Part shown: positions 1 through 8,995 of the stretch, piece after piece | Numbering within the stretch: the stretch's first letter is position 1 | How the letters are laid out: every line of letters begins with the position of its first letter | DNA from: an uncultured Gammaproteobacteria bacterium | GTDB taxonomy: Bacteria > Patescibacteriota > Patescibacteriia > Magasanikbacterales > UBA922 | Assembly: GCA_964433095.1 (NCBI GenBank) | Contig: CAYSPW010000001.1 | Location: forward strand, 4,296-68,295 | Direction of reading: 5' to 3' | DNA length: 64,000 bases | Program-made: the position numbers and the translations under genes | Notes under the pieces: generated by a model | The model's database searches: none | What the model was told of the DNA's origin: nothing | The model's input: the letters and a program-made list of their open reading frames with translations, nothing else

Positions 1-168
1 CGAACCGATCCCGGATCAGAAGGGTTTGTCCAAACTTACAGCTATTTGTTACATATTCCAAAACAAAATTACACCTATCGTTTTTACACTTCGGCCGATG
101 ATACACGAGACTTGGAAAAAATCGAGTTTAAATTTGATGAAATAATGAAAACCATTGAATTGCATTAA
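1..168 (+). CDS. 3' end of a hypothetical protein (partial, runs off window start)
   Basis: Frame 1 is open from base 1 to TAA at 166-168 (...YRFYTSADDTRDLEKIEFKFDEIMKTIELH*). Confidence 0.6.
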   Translation, partial: RTDPGSEGFVQTYSYLLHIPKQNYTYRFYTSADDTRDLEKIEFKFDEIMKTIELH

Positions 169-186
169 ATTAAAAAATAAATACGA

Positions 187-215
187 TTGACTAATTTTTT
201 AAATTCTGACATAAT
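187..215 (+). promoter_or_regulatory. sigma70-type promoter of the riboswitch/B12 operon
   Basis: TTGACT(187-192)-17 bp-CATAAT(210-215), with an extended -10 TG. Confidence 0.7.
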
Positions 216-240
216 GCCAATATTATTAAAAAATATACTA

Positions 241-319
241 ATGCCTGTGGAAGTGAGGTGGGATTCCTTCACTGTGCCGCAACGGTAATGCCATAATGGC
301 TAGTCCGGTCTTCAGGTAA
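241..319 (+). ncRNA. Cobalamin riboswitch aptamer (short, class-II-like)
   Basis: GGAA(249-252), GGTGGGATTCC T-loop-like hairpin (257-267), ACTG, CCGCAACGGT (277-286), small stem GCCA/TGGC and B12-box-like AGTCCGG (302-308). Closed by TGCCTG/CAGGTA. Lies upstream of DUF4430-type genes. Confidence 0.85.
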
Positions 320-374
320 TTTACATTTCCCGAGCAGGAAGCCGAGTTAAAAAAAGAGTCTTATTCGGTCGCGT

Positions 375-402
375 GTATCCTGTTTCAGGATGCTTTTTTT
401 TT
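375..402 (+). terminator. Leader intrinsic terminator (riboswitch expression platform)
   Basis: GTATCCTG-TTT-CAGGATGC hairpin followed by T9, just before ATG 418. Confidence 0.75.
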
Positions 403-417
403 AATCTTTTGAATTTC

Positions 418-1083
418 ATGTTCAAATTTATTGAGAAAAATATCACATTAGTTCTGATATGGACTTTCTTGTTGTTAATCACCGTTTTGAGCGGATATAC
501 TACCTATGTAAAGTCTGCCGATTTTTCCAAAACCATACATAGTGACTATAAAAGTATAGACTACTCTATACAAAAATATTATTCAAACCGGATTCAAGAG
601 CCAAATATTGATTTTAGTTTAGATGAAAATGAACAATATAAAGCGCGGGGTAATCAAAAAGTATACACTAGTATAGACAAACTGCAAATTATCAATGATG
701 GCACCGCTACCGCGTCCGAGTCATTGGCACCATCTTCCGCTTCAAACTTTGCTAACGCTAACGGTGACCGAACCATAATTTCCGCGACTTTAAAAGTCGC
801 GGATAAAGAATATACGGCTGAATTGACCGATCCGGTAACTGTTTATGAAATGATGGACAAAACGCGCCGGCAGACAGATTTTACTTTTGAGAGCCGAAAT
901 CATGATTATCTGGGTCATTTCATCACCGCCATAAACGGTACTTTGAATGATAAAAAAACGGGGCGCTTTTGGATTTATTATGTTAACGGTGAAAAAGCGC
1001 GTATCGGTATTTCAAATAGAATATTAAAAAATAATGATATAATAGAATGGAAATATGAAAAAGACACAAGCGTTCATTTTTAG
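418..1083 (+). CDS. Membrane-anchored DUF4430 (transcobalamin C-terminal-like) domain protein, putative cobalamin-binding
   Basis: N-terminal TM helix. C-terminal G.FI.AING...FWIYYVNGEKA.IG...LK.ND.IEWKY signature. Start moved to ATG 418 because the GTG 373 extension runs through the terminator. Confidence 0.8.
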   Translation: MFKFIEKNITLVLIWTFLLLITVLSGYTTYVKSADFSKTIHSDYKSIDYSIQKYYSNRIQEPNIDFSLDENEQYKARGNQKVYTSIDKLQIINDGTATASESLAPSSASNFANANGDRTIISATLKVADKEYTAELTDPVTVYEMMDKTRRQTDFTFESRNHDYLGHFITAINGTLNDKKTGRFWIYYVNGEKARIGISNRILKNNDIIEWKYEKDTSVHF

Positions 1084-3562
1084 TTGTTCTTTGGTGCCGA
1101 TCTTATTGGCTTTTTTTTTCACTAACGTGGGTCACGTTAGTGCGGCTGTCACAAGTTCAGCCGATACCGTGGCCACGTCCAGTACAACCGCTCAACCTTT
1201 TACCATCACTTCTACCACGCCTACCGGCATCAAAACTGTTACTGCCTCCACTTCCATTGGTAATTCTTTCTCCACTACTACGTCCGGCACGCTTAATTAT
1301 ACGTTAAACACCCCCCCTTCTTCCAAAGCTACGGTTAAAGCTGAAAAAGGACCGGTGAATTTTCATTTACGCCATCAAGATCGCATCATATATCAGGCCG
1401 ATATTGAAATGAGCAATGTCACCTATTTCGACTCATGTAATAATATTGATTATCACCTAAGCGGCACAAGCACGGTTTTTTCCACTTTGGTGAAAGCAGA
1501 CCAAAAAAGCAGCGCGTTTAAAATTACAAATGCTCAATACGACGCGTTGTTAAACGCTTTTCACGTATCTTGCGTTGATGTCGCCTCTTCATCGGGGGAG
1601 GGTGGACATGAGTCGGCTTGTAATAATTGGAATTATACTGTGGACGGTGAATACCCGAGTATATCCATGGATAAATATGAACTGAGCGGCGGTGAATCGG
1701 TTTACGTTTTTTTTTCCACACCATGGAAGGTAACGGCAAACACCTCTACGGCAGCGGTCGGAGAGCCTGTGCGGTTTACTACTTGGAGATACGACTACGC
1801 AAACACGCGGGATCCTTGGGCAACTGATGGAGGAAATTCAATAGAAATTTCAGTACCAAACCCTAATCCAAGTGGCTGGTGGGATGAAATTATCGCCACC
1901 AGCACTATAATTACTGACACCAATGGACAGGTTGAGTATGCTTTTTCAACGAGCGGTACATATTATGCCAAAATTACCGCCCCTGATTGGTCGAAGTGGA
2001 GTGAAACTATTGCTATTGACATTCTTGACAGGTTCCACGAACCCGCATCTCAATCAGCTTCATCAAGCCAAGACACTATTAATTCTGCCGTATCCGAACA
2101 AAAACAGACTGATTTGGTGCCTGAGGAAACAATCCAGCAGGCGGTGGATGGTATAATTGAATTTTTACGTTCCAAACAAAGCGAGGATGGTGGTATCATT
2201 GACGGCGGTATCAGTGATTGGGCGGCCATTTCTTTTGCCGCGACCGATATCGACCCCGCTGAGGTACGAGGCGATGGCGACAGCCTGGCCGAATACATTG
2301 ACAATTATGAATTTAACCACGATACTGAATTAAATTTATGTGCTAGCTATCCCAGGCACATATTGGCGCTCAGCGCCGCGGACAGGACCATACAAGATCA
2401 AAACATCCAATCTCTTTATGGTAGTATGATTAATCAATGTGTTAAGAGCGGTAAACAATATGGAGAACCGGGCATCGGAGATGATGTTTTTGCCCTCTTA
2501 GCCTTGTCCATGTCGCCGGATGGGTACGCTGATCTTATCAATAATTTGTTGGACAATATCGTACGCGATCAAAGCACTACCGGTGCCTTTACCTGGAACG
2601 GATATCCGGATGCCGATATTACCGGAGCCGCTATAAATGCCTTCGCGCGCTCCCGACAAGCCGGATTCACTTTTGACGAACGAATAATAGATAAAGCCAA
2701 AAACTATCTAAAAAGCACTCAGCTTCCCGACGGTGGATGGGGCTTCGGCCAAAGTTCGGCACTAACCACCTCTTGGGCCGTTATGGGCATAAATTCCATT
2801 AATGAAACACAATCTGAATGGATTCACAGTGAAGGAAAAAATCCTTGGCACGTGCTGGTTGAAAACATCAATGAGGACGGATATTACGAATCAAGCCGGT
2901 CTGAATCTGAAATTGACTGGTTTTCCACAAAGCACGCTATCCCTGCCATGCTTGGTCATGGCTGGCCGATTACTATCTCCAAATCGCGTAGCCATAACAG
3001 TGATGAAAGCGGCAATGATACGAGCAACCGGGAGAACGTGGAAAATAGTTATTTGGAGTCTAAGACTGACAATGAAACCGATCAACAAAATGAAACCGAT
3101 CTAGACCAAAAAAATAGTGAAGACACCGCTGAATCGCCGACTGAAAAACAGCAAAATCCGAAAGCTGGAAAAAAAGATGACAGCAGGCAAGATGATGAAA
3201 AACAGACGACGGACAAAGAAGAGAAGAAAGATAACGAGCAGGAAAATGTATTTAATTCTCCACCGGATAATAGTACGGTGGAAAAAGAATTTACCGGTTT
3301 GGAAAAATTCGGTATCAAAGGACAGGTTTTATCCGATCCGGTTCAGACCGGCGATGACAATCCGGAAATATTAAAACAACCCGAATCGGCCACGGGCGGC
3401 ACTCGGCTACTTGCTAATCAAATGAGTGCCAAATCGTCCGAGCATGCCGGATATTTCGGGAGGATGATAGATTTTTGGCTAAAAAACAGCGAAATAATCT
3501 TTATTACTGACGGAATTTTATTAATTCTATTATCAATTTATTTCTACTATAAAAAAACATAA
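1055..3562 (+). CDS. Large surface protein: DUF4430-like domain, prenyltransferase-repeat alpha/alpha barrel and C-terminal membrane anchor
   Basis: Signal peptide, S/T-rich linker, WNYTVDGEYPSISMDKYEL..GE.V motif, QxxDGG(W) repeats (KQSEDGG, TQLPDGGWG), acidic linker, C-terminal TM followed by KK. Confidence 0.75.
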   Translation: MKKTQAFIFSCSLVPILLAFFFTNVGHVSAAVTSSADTVATSSTTAQPFTITSTTPTGIKTVTASTSIGNSFSTTTSGTLNYTLNTPPSSKATVKAEKGPVNFHLRHQDRIIYQADIEMSNVTYFDSCNNIDYHLSGTSTVFSTLVKADQKSSAFKITNAQYDALLNAFHVSCVDVASSSGEGGHESACNNWNYTVDGEYPSISMDKYELSGGESVYVFFSTPWKVTANTSTAAVGEPVRFTTWRYDYANTRDPWATDGGNSIEISVPNPNPSGWWDEIIATSTIITDTNGQVEYAFSTSGTYYAKITAPDWSKWSETIAIDILDRFHEPASQSASSSQDTINSAVSEQKQTDLVPEETIQQAVDGIIEFLRSKQSEDGGIIDGGISDWAAISFAATDIDPAEVRGDGDSLAEYIDNYEFNHDTELNLCASYPRHILALSAADRTIQDQNIQSLYGSMINQCVKSGKQYGEPGIGDDVFALLALSMSPDGYADLINNLLDNIVRDQSTTGAFTWNGYPDADITGAAINAFARSRQAGFTFDERIIDKAKNYLKSTQLPDGGWGFGQSSALTTSWAVMGINSINETQSEWIHSEGKNPWHVLVENINEDGYYESSRSESEIDWFSTKHAIPAMLGHGWPITISKSRSHNSDESGNDTSNRENVENSYLESKTDNETDQQNETDLDQKNSEDTAESPTEKQQNPKAGKKDDSRQDDEKQTTDKEEKKDNEQENVFNSPPDNSTVEKEFTGLEKFGIKGQVLSDPVQTGDDNPEILKQPESATGGTRLLANQMSAKSSEHAGYFGRMIDFWLKNSEIIFITDGILLILLSIYFYYKKT

Positions 3563-3575
3563 ATATATAAATGAT

Positions 3576-4142
3576 ATGAAAAAAAATGCCTTCCAATGGA
3601 CGGTTGTATGCCTGTTGATAATTCTTGGCTTGGTAGCCAGGTTATTGCCGCACGCCCCCAACTTTACCCCGATTGCCGCGATAGCCATATTTAGTGCCAT
3701 TTATTTACCCAAAAAAATCTTTCTAATTGCCCCGATGCTTGTGATGATAATTAGTGACTATCTTATCGGATTTTACAGCTTACCAATTATGGCTTCCGTT
3801 TATTTATGTTTTATTTTAAGTGCTTTTATCGGACTCTTAATTAAAAGATACAAAAATGTTCAATCAATCATCGGCGGCGCTGTCGGTTCCGCGTTTGTAT
3901 TCTATCTGATCACCAACGCGGCTGTTTGGTTTTTTTCAGGACTTTACCCCAATAATTTCTATGGATTAGTTAACAGTTATGTAATGGCTCTTCCTTTCTT
4001 CAAAAATACGCTGGCCGGGGATATATTTTACGTTGTAGTGATGGTTGGAATCATGGAATCGGCTCTGTTTTTGCAACAAAAAAAACCGCACGCGCAGCCA
4101 CGGTTGAAATTACTAACTAATCATCTTACTTCAAGGCTTTAA
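3576..4142 (+). CDS. DUF6580-family membrane protein, putative ECF S-component-like cobalamin transporter
   Basis: RLLPHAPNFTPIAAIA and FYLITNAAVW...Y..ALPFF.NTL.GD motifs, multiple TM helices, third gene after the riboswitch. Confidence 0.75.
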   Translation: MKKNAFQWTVVCLLIILGLVARLLPHAPNFTPIAAIAIFSAIYLPKKIFLIAPMLVMIISDYLIGFYSLPIMASVYLCFILSAFIGLLIKRYKNVQSIIGGAVGSAFVFYLITNAAVWFFSGLYPNNFYGLVNSYVMALPFFKNTLAGDIFYVVVMVGIMESALFLQQKKPHAQPRLKLLTNHLTSRL

Positions 4143-5742
4143 AAAAAGCCTTGAATAACGGATGTGGCTGTAAGGGTTGGGATTTAAATTCAGGATGGAA
4201 TTGCACGCCGATCATAAAGGGGTGGGTTTTATCTTCCACAATCTCAACCAATTCATTGTCCGGCGAAACACCGGCCAGCAGCAGCCCTTTTTCAGTCATG
4301 ATTTGTCTGTACTCATTGTTAAATTCGTATCGGTGTCTGTGTCTCTCGGATATTTTTTCAGTTTTGTAAGCTCGGAAACTTTTGCTTTTTTTATCCAGCA
4401 GGCATGGATAAGCACCCAAGCGCATGGTTGCTCCATAATTGCCGCTTGCCATGTATTTTTTTTGTTCCTCAATGACATGAATTACCGGATGCATCGTGTC
4501 CGGATTTAATTCTTCGGAATTAGCTCCCTTTAATCCACACGCGTTGCGGGCGAATTCAATTGTTTGAATCTGCATTCCCAGGCAAAGACCTAGATAGGGA
4601 ATTTTATTCAAACGAGCGTATTGCGCCGCCAATATCATGCCTTCGGTGCCGCGCGTGCCAAAACCTCCTGGAATAACCATACCGTCAAGCTGACTCAGCT
4701 CTTTCAGCTTTGTTTTATCTTTTTCATATACTTCCGAATCCAGCCATAAAATCCTCGGCTTTACATTATTGGCCCAGGCCGCATGTTGCAGTGATTCTAT
4801 CACTGATATGTACGTATCGCGGCAAGATTTAAAATTAAAATACTTGCCCACTATCCCGATTACACTCTCTTTTTTTATTTTTTTTATTTTTCGCGATAAA
4901 TCTATCCAATCACTCATGCCGCTTTGCTTACCACGATAACCCAGCGTCTTTAATATCTCGTCGCCTATTTTTTGCCGATGAAAAATTATCGGCACATCAT
5001 AAATTGATTCTACGTTTGGACCTGAAATAATTCTTTTTGCCGGTAAACTGCATACATTGCTGATTGTATTTTTAATATCCTCGCTAACCGGATCTTTAGC
5101 ACGACAAATGATAAAATCAGGTGATATGCCGGCAGAATTTAAAGTTCTGATCGCATATTGAGTGGGCTTGGATTTCTGTTCTCCTAAAAGCGTGGGAGTG
5201 GGCAGATAACTAACCATCACAAAACTGACATCTTTGGGATTTTTCACTTTCATCATCCTGGCCGCTTCCAAAAAAAGCAACAGCTGGTATTCTCCCACCG
5301 TACCGCCATATTCCACTATTACTATTTCCGCTTGGGTTTTTTTTTGGCAAAGTTTAATCCTTCTGATTATTTCTTTGGGAACATCCGGGACCACCTCTAC
5401 ATCCTCGCCGCCGTATTCCAGGTTTCTTTCACGGCGGATCACTTCCTTATAAACTTGTCCGGTGGTGATATAGTTATCGGCCGTGCATGTTTGACCGGTA
5501 AAACGCTCGTAATTACCCAAATCCTGATCCGCCTCTATTCCGTCTTCACCTACAAAAACCTCGCCATGCTCAGCCGGACGAATGGTGCCGGCATCAATAT
5601 TGACATACATGTCACATTTGATATTAGCCACTTTGTGGCCTTTGGCCTGGATTATCTTGCCAATGGACGCTGATGCCACCCCCTTTCCCACAGAAGACAT
5701 TACTCCTCCGATTACGAATATATATTTAGCTTTTTTGCTCAT
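4126..5742 (-). CDS. pyrG: CTP synthase
   Basis: GGVMSSVGKG, HGEVFV, DLGNYERF, GLCLGMQ, ERHRHRYE, QFHPEF. Confidence 0.98.
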   Translation of the reverse strand: MSKKAKYIFVIGGVMSSVGKGVASASIGKIIQAKGHKVANIKCDMYVNIDAGTIRPAEHGEVFVGEDGIEADQDLGNYERFTGQTCTADNYITTGQVYKEVIRRERNLEYGGEDVEVVPDVPKEIIRRIKLCQKKTQAEIVIVEYGGTVGEYQLLLFLEAARMMKVKNPKDVSFVMVSYLPTPTLLGEQKSKPTQYAIRTLNSAGISPDFIICRAKDPVSEDIKNTISNVCSLPAKRIISGPNVESIYDVPIIFHRQKIGDEILKTLGYRGKQSGMSDWIDLSRKIKKIKKESVIGIVGKYFNFKSCRDTYISVIESLQHAAWANNVKPRILWLDSEVYEKDKTKLKELSQLDGMVIPGGFGTRGTEGMILAAQYARLNKIPYLGLCLGMQIQTIEFARNACGLKGANSEELNPDTMHPVIHVIEEQKKYMASGNYGATMRLGAYPCLLDKKSKSFRAYKTEKISERHRHRYEFNNEYRQIMTEKGLLLAGVSPDNELVEIVEDKTHPFMIGVQFHPEFKSQPLQPHPLFKAFFKALK

Positions 5743-5830
5743 AATCACTAATTAAAAAAAACATTTTGTTTGTGTCAAACGCTTGATTTAAAAAATCTAA
5801 AAAAATCTTCCGACAAACGAAAAAAAAATA

Positions 5831-6277
5831 TTATGATTGCTTTACTATAACTTTAACAGCAGCTTCCAAACCATGGCCCAAGGAAACATTGATGGTATAT
5901 TCTCCGCTTTCCTTAATCGGCTTGTCAAGTCTGATCCGTGATGACTTAATATTTAAGCCGTATTCTTTATTTAGCGCTTTGGCTATTTTACCCGCGCTGA
6001 CCGAACCGTAAAGCTTGCCGGCCGGACTTGACTTAGCGTACAAATTTAGCTCGGCGCCATCAATCTTGCCGGCAATTTTTTGTTCTTGCTTGAGCTCCAC
6101 TTCCATTTGTTCCACTTTTTTCTTTTTTTGATTTTTGAACTGTTCCACAATGTTATCAGTCGCCAATTTTGCCAAACCATTGGGTATTAAAAAATTTCTG
6201 GCGTAACCGTCCGCCACCTGCTTGATTTCTCCTTTACTCCCCGTTCCGGGCACGTCTTTGTTTAAAATTACCTTCAT
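5831..6277 (-). CDS. rplI: 50S ribosomal protein L9
   Basis: [30 protein letters not shown]. Confidence 0.98.
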   Translation of the reverse strand: MKVILNKDVPGTGSKGEIKQVADGYARNFLIPNGLAKLATDNIVEQFKNQKKKKVEQMEVELKQEQKIAGKIDGAELNLYAKSSPAGKLYGSVSAGKIAKALNKEYGLNIKSSRIRLDKPIKESGEYTINVSLGHGLEAAVKVIVKQS

Positions 6278-6369
6278 ATGTTTACTATATTAGCATAAAG
6301 CTTGAAAATCATGCAAGATATTGTTAAGATTCATTTAATTTAGACTATATTATTCTTATCTCTATTTCT

Positions 6370-7218
6370 ATGAAATCCGGTATTGTCGTTTTGGTAGGCA
6401 GGTCAAATGTTGGTAAATCCACATTGCTTAATACTTTGGTAGGCACCAAAATAGCGGCCACAAGCGTCAAGCCGCAGATGACTCGCCATACCATCCATGG
6501 TGTAATGAACACGGACAAAGGCCAGGCGGTTTTCGTGGATACGCCGGGAATTTTCAAAGATAAAAAAAATCTTTTAAATGCCAAGTTAACACAAAAAGCG
6601 TTTCAGGCTATTGAAGATATCGACCTGATCGTATATGTTGTTGATCCCACTCGCGATATCGGACCGGAAGAAAGGTCCGCATACGGTATGATACGACATC
6701 TTAAGCTGCCAAAAATACTGGTAATCAACAAAAGCGATCTGCCGGTCGCGCAGAGAAAATATGAAAAAAGCTATTTAGACTGGAGCGATGATTTTGACGC
6801 GGTTTTTAGACTTTCCGCCTTGCGCGCCAGACATATCAAGCCTTTGCAAGATAAAGTAATAGAATTATTGCCGCGTGGCGAGCCGATGTACAGTGAAAAT
6901 CAGTTGACGAATATTGACAATTATTTCTGGGTGTCGGAAATCATTCGTGAAAAAGCCTTTTCCGTGTTTGAAAAAGAAATACCCTATTCCTTATCGGTGG
7001 AGGTTGATAATATTGAAGAAAAAGAAGATATTATGGTTATATCGGCGCGTATTTTAACAGGAGCGGAAAAATACAAAAAAATTGTAATTGGTAGAAAGGG
7101 AAATAAAATTAAAGAAATCGGGAAAATGGCCAGAAAAGAACTTGAACAGGCCTTAAATAAAAAGATATACTTGGAATTGGAAGTGGAAGTGGACAAGCAT
7201 TGGATGGAAAGAATCTAA
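6370..7218 (+). CDS. era: GTPase Era
   Basis: GRSNVGKS, DTPG, NKSD, EIIREK, EIPYS, KH domain (IVIGRKG..IKEIG). Confidence 0.97.
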   Translation: MKSGIVVLVGRSNVGKSTLLNTLVGTKIAATSVKPQMTRHTIHGVMNTDKGQAVFVDTPGIFKDKKNLLNAKLTQKAFQAIEDIDLIVYVVDPTRDIGPEERSAYGMIRHLKLPKILVINKSDLPVAQRKYEKSYLDWSDDFDAVFRLSALRARHIKPLQDKVIELLPRGEPMYSENQLTNIDNYFWVSEIIREKAFSVFEKEIPYSLSVEVDNIEEKEDIMVISARILTGAEKYKKIVIGRKGNKIKEIGKMARKELEQALNKKIYLELEVEVDKHWMERI

Positions 7219-7220
7219 AT

Positions 7221-7261
7221 ACCCTTTTTTCAATGCAAACAAAAAAAGGGTTGTTTGTTTT
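7221..7261. terminator. Putative terminator between the convergent era and riboflavin kinase genes
   Basis: ACCCTTTTTT/AAAAAAGGGT inverted repeat followed by a T-rich tract. Confidence 0.45.
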
Positions 7262-7376
7262 AATACCGTCTCAAAAGTAATTATTTAAGCCGAGAACAAT
7301 CATCACTCATAACCGTATTTTTTCGATTCCGCTGATAAAGACTCGCCTCCCAACAGCTTAAATCACATCTCCATAT

Positions 7377-7733
7377 TCAAATAGTAGGATATTTAAGCAC
7401 ATCCCGTACCATCTTTATATCTTGCAGGATTTTTTCCCGCAATTCGTATTTGGAATTAAAACCGCACATTTCACTTACCTTTTGTATCGGTTCAATCTCA
7501 ATATATACACCATAAAAATCCTCATCTAGATAATCAAGCAGGTGTACTTCCACTTTCCACGGTTTATTCCGTATAGCCAACGCGCCTTTGTATTTTTTCT
7601 TGCGCACATCAACCCAAACCGCGTAGACACCGCTGTCCAGATCAACTTTTCTTTTTGGAGTATCCAGATTGGCAGTCAGATATCCTGTTTTAGCGCCGAT
7701 GCCGTCGCCGCGTACTACTATTCCGCTGAACAT
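7377..7733 (-). CDS. Stand-alone riboflavin kinase domain
   Basis: G.VV.GDG.G...GY.TANL, GVYA, EVHLLD...DFYG; no FAD synthetase domain. Confidence 0.85.
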   Translation of the reverse strand: MFSGIVVRGDGIGAKTGYLTANLDTPKRKVDLDSGVYAVWVDVRKKKYKGALAIRNKPWKVEVHLLDYLDEDFYGVYIEIEPIQKVSEMCGFNSKYELREKILQDIKMVRDVLKYPTI

Positions 7734-7746
7734 ATTTTTTTTGCAT

Positions 7747-8994
7747 TTATTGTTCTAGTAATTGCGTTGCTTTTTCCAAACCGAAATCACGCACATCAAT
7801 CAACTCTTCGCCCTCGCGCTGTTCAACAAACATTTCTTCCACGATAACGTCCGGAACAATCCCCTCTTCGTCAATTTGCCGATTAAGCGGCGTATACCAC
7901 CTGGCCACGGTTAATTTGATAGCTGATCCGTCAGGCAACTGCTCATAGTCCTGAACCGACCCTTTGCCGTAAGTCTGAACGCCGACAATGGTGGCCAGAC
8001 CATAATCCTGCAAGGCTCCGGCCACAATTTCCGAACCCGAAGCCGTACCTCCATCTACCAATACCACGGTAGGCATATCCGTAAAACGATGATTGCCGGT
8101 GGCAATATATTCGTTGATTGTGCCGTTACTATATATCTCTCTTACGATAGTGCCTGAGTCCACCCATTCGCCAGCCACATCCACGGAAGTTTGCAAAAAG
8201 CCGCCCGGATTGCTTCTCAAATCCAGTATTACACCACGTGGTGCCTGAATAATTATTTCCCGAACCGCGTGATCAAATTCAGTCCAGGTTTCCTCGTTAA
8301 AATGAGTAATGCGCAAGTAAACCAAGTCGGATTCCATTTGATCCCATATTACGGTCGGAATATTGATTGTATCGCGCACTATGGTTATTTGTTCAATTTT
8401 TTCAAAACCGTCGTGAGAAACCGTTAATTGCACCTCGGTACCTTTTTGTCCCCTGATTTTATTCACCGCCTCATCCAAAGTGAGTCCGAAACTATCTTCT
8501 CCATCAATCGCGTAAATCTTATCGCCCGCCTTCAGTCCGGCTTTTTGCGCCGGTGAATCGCGCAACGGCGCGATTACGATTAATTGTTCTTCTTTGATGC
8601 CGATTTCCGCGCCAATGCCTTCAAATTCGCCGGCTAGATCTTTGGCGAATTCTTCCGCTTTGGCCGGAGGCAGATATATCGAATAAGGATCATCCAGTCC
8701 GGCAACCAGGCCTTCAAGCGCGCCATAGTACAAATCCACTTCATTTACCGGTTGGTCAATATATTTTTTATTTATTTGATCCCACACCTGCCAAAACATA
8801 GCAAAATCAAGCTGCTCGCCTGCTCTTTTTTGCGAATAGAAATTAAGTACTTTGGAAATTTTAGATTCGCTTTGCCCGGTCAAAATATTCTGCTCGCTTT
8901 GCCAAGCCAGACCGATAAAAAGACCGAAAGCAAAAGTCAGTACGGCTAAGCTGCCCGGAACTACCACTTTGGTAATTTTTTCCCTAAAACTCAT
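7747..8994 (-). CDS. ctpA: S41 carboxy-terminal processing protease
   Basis: LDDPYS, PDZ (GIGAEI), DLRSNPGG, TASGSEI, TYGKGSVQ. Confidence 0.95.
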   Translation of the reverse strand: MSFREKITKVVVPGSLAVLTFAFGLFIGLAWQSEQNILTGQSESKISKVLNFYSQKRAGEQLDFAMFWQVWDQINKKYIDQPVNEVDLYYGALEGLVAGLDDPYSIYLPPAKAEEFAKDLAGEFEGIGAEIGIKEEQLIVIAPLRDSPAQKAGLKAGDKIYAIDGEDSFGLTLDEAVNKIRGQKGTEVQLTVSHDGFEKIEQITIVRDTINIPTVIWDQMESDLVYLRITHFNEETWTEFDHAVREIIIQAPRGVILDLRSNPGGFLQTSVDVAGEWVDSGTIVREIYSNGTINEYIATGNHRFTDMPTVVLVDGGTASGSEIVAGALQDYGLATIVGVQTYGKGSVQDYEQLPDGSAIKLTVARWYTPLNRQIDEEGIVPDVIVEEMFVEQREGEELIDVRDFGLEKATQLLEQ

Positions 8995-8995
8995 A

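Noticed and set aside
3000-3260. Low-complexity purine-rich stretch as a repeat array
   Set aside because: It encodes the acidic/Lys linker of the surface protein and has no periodic unit.
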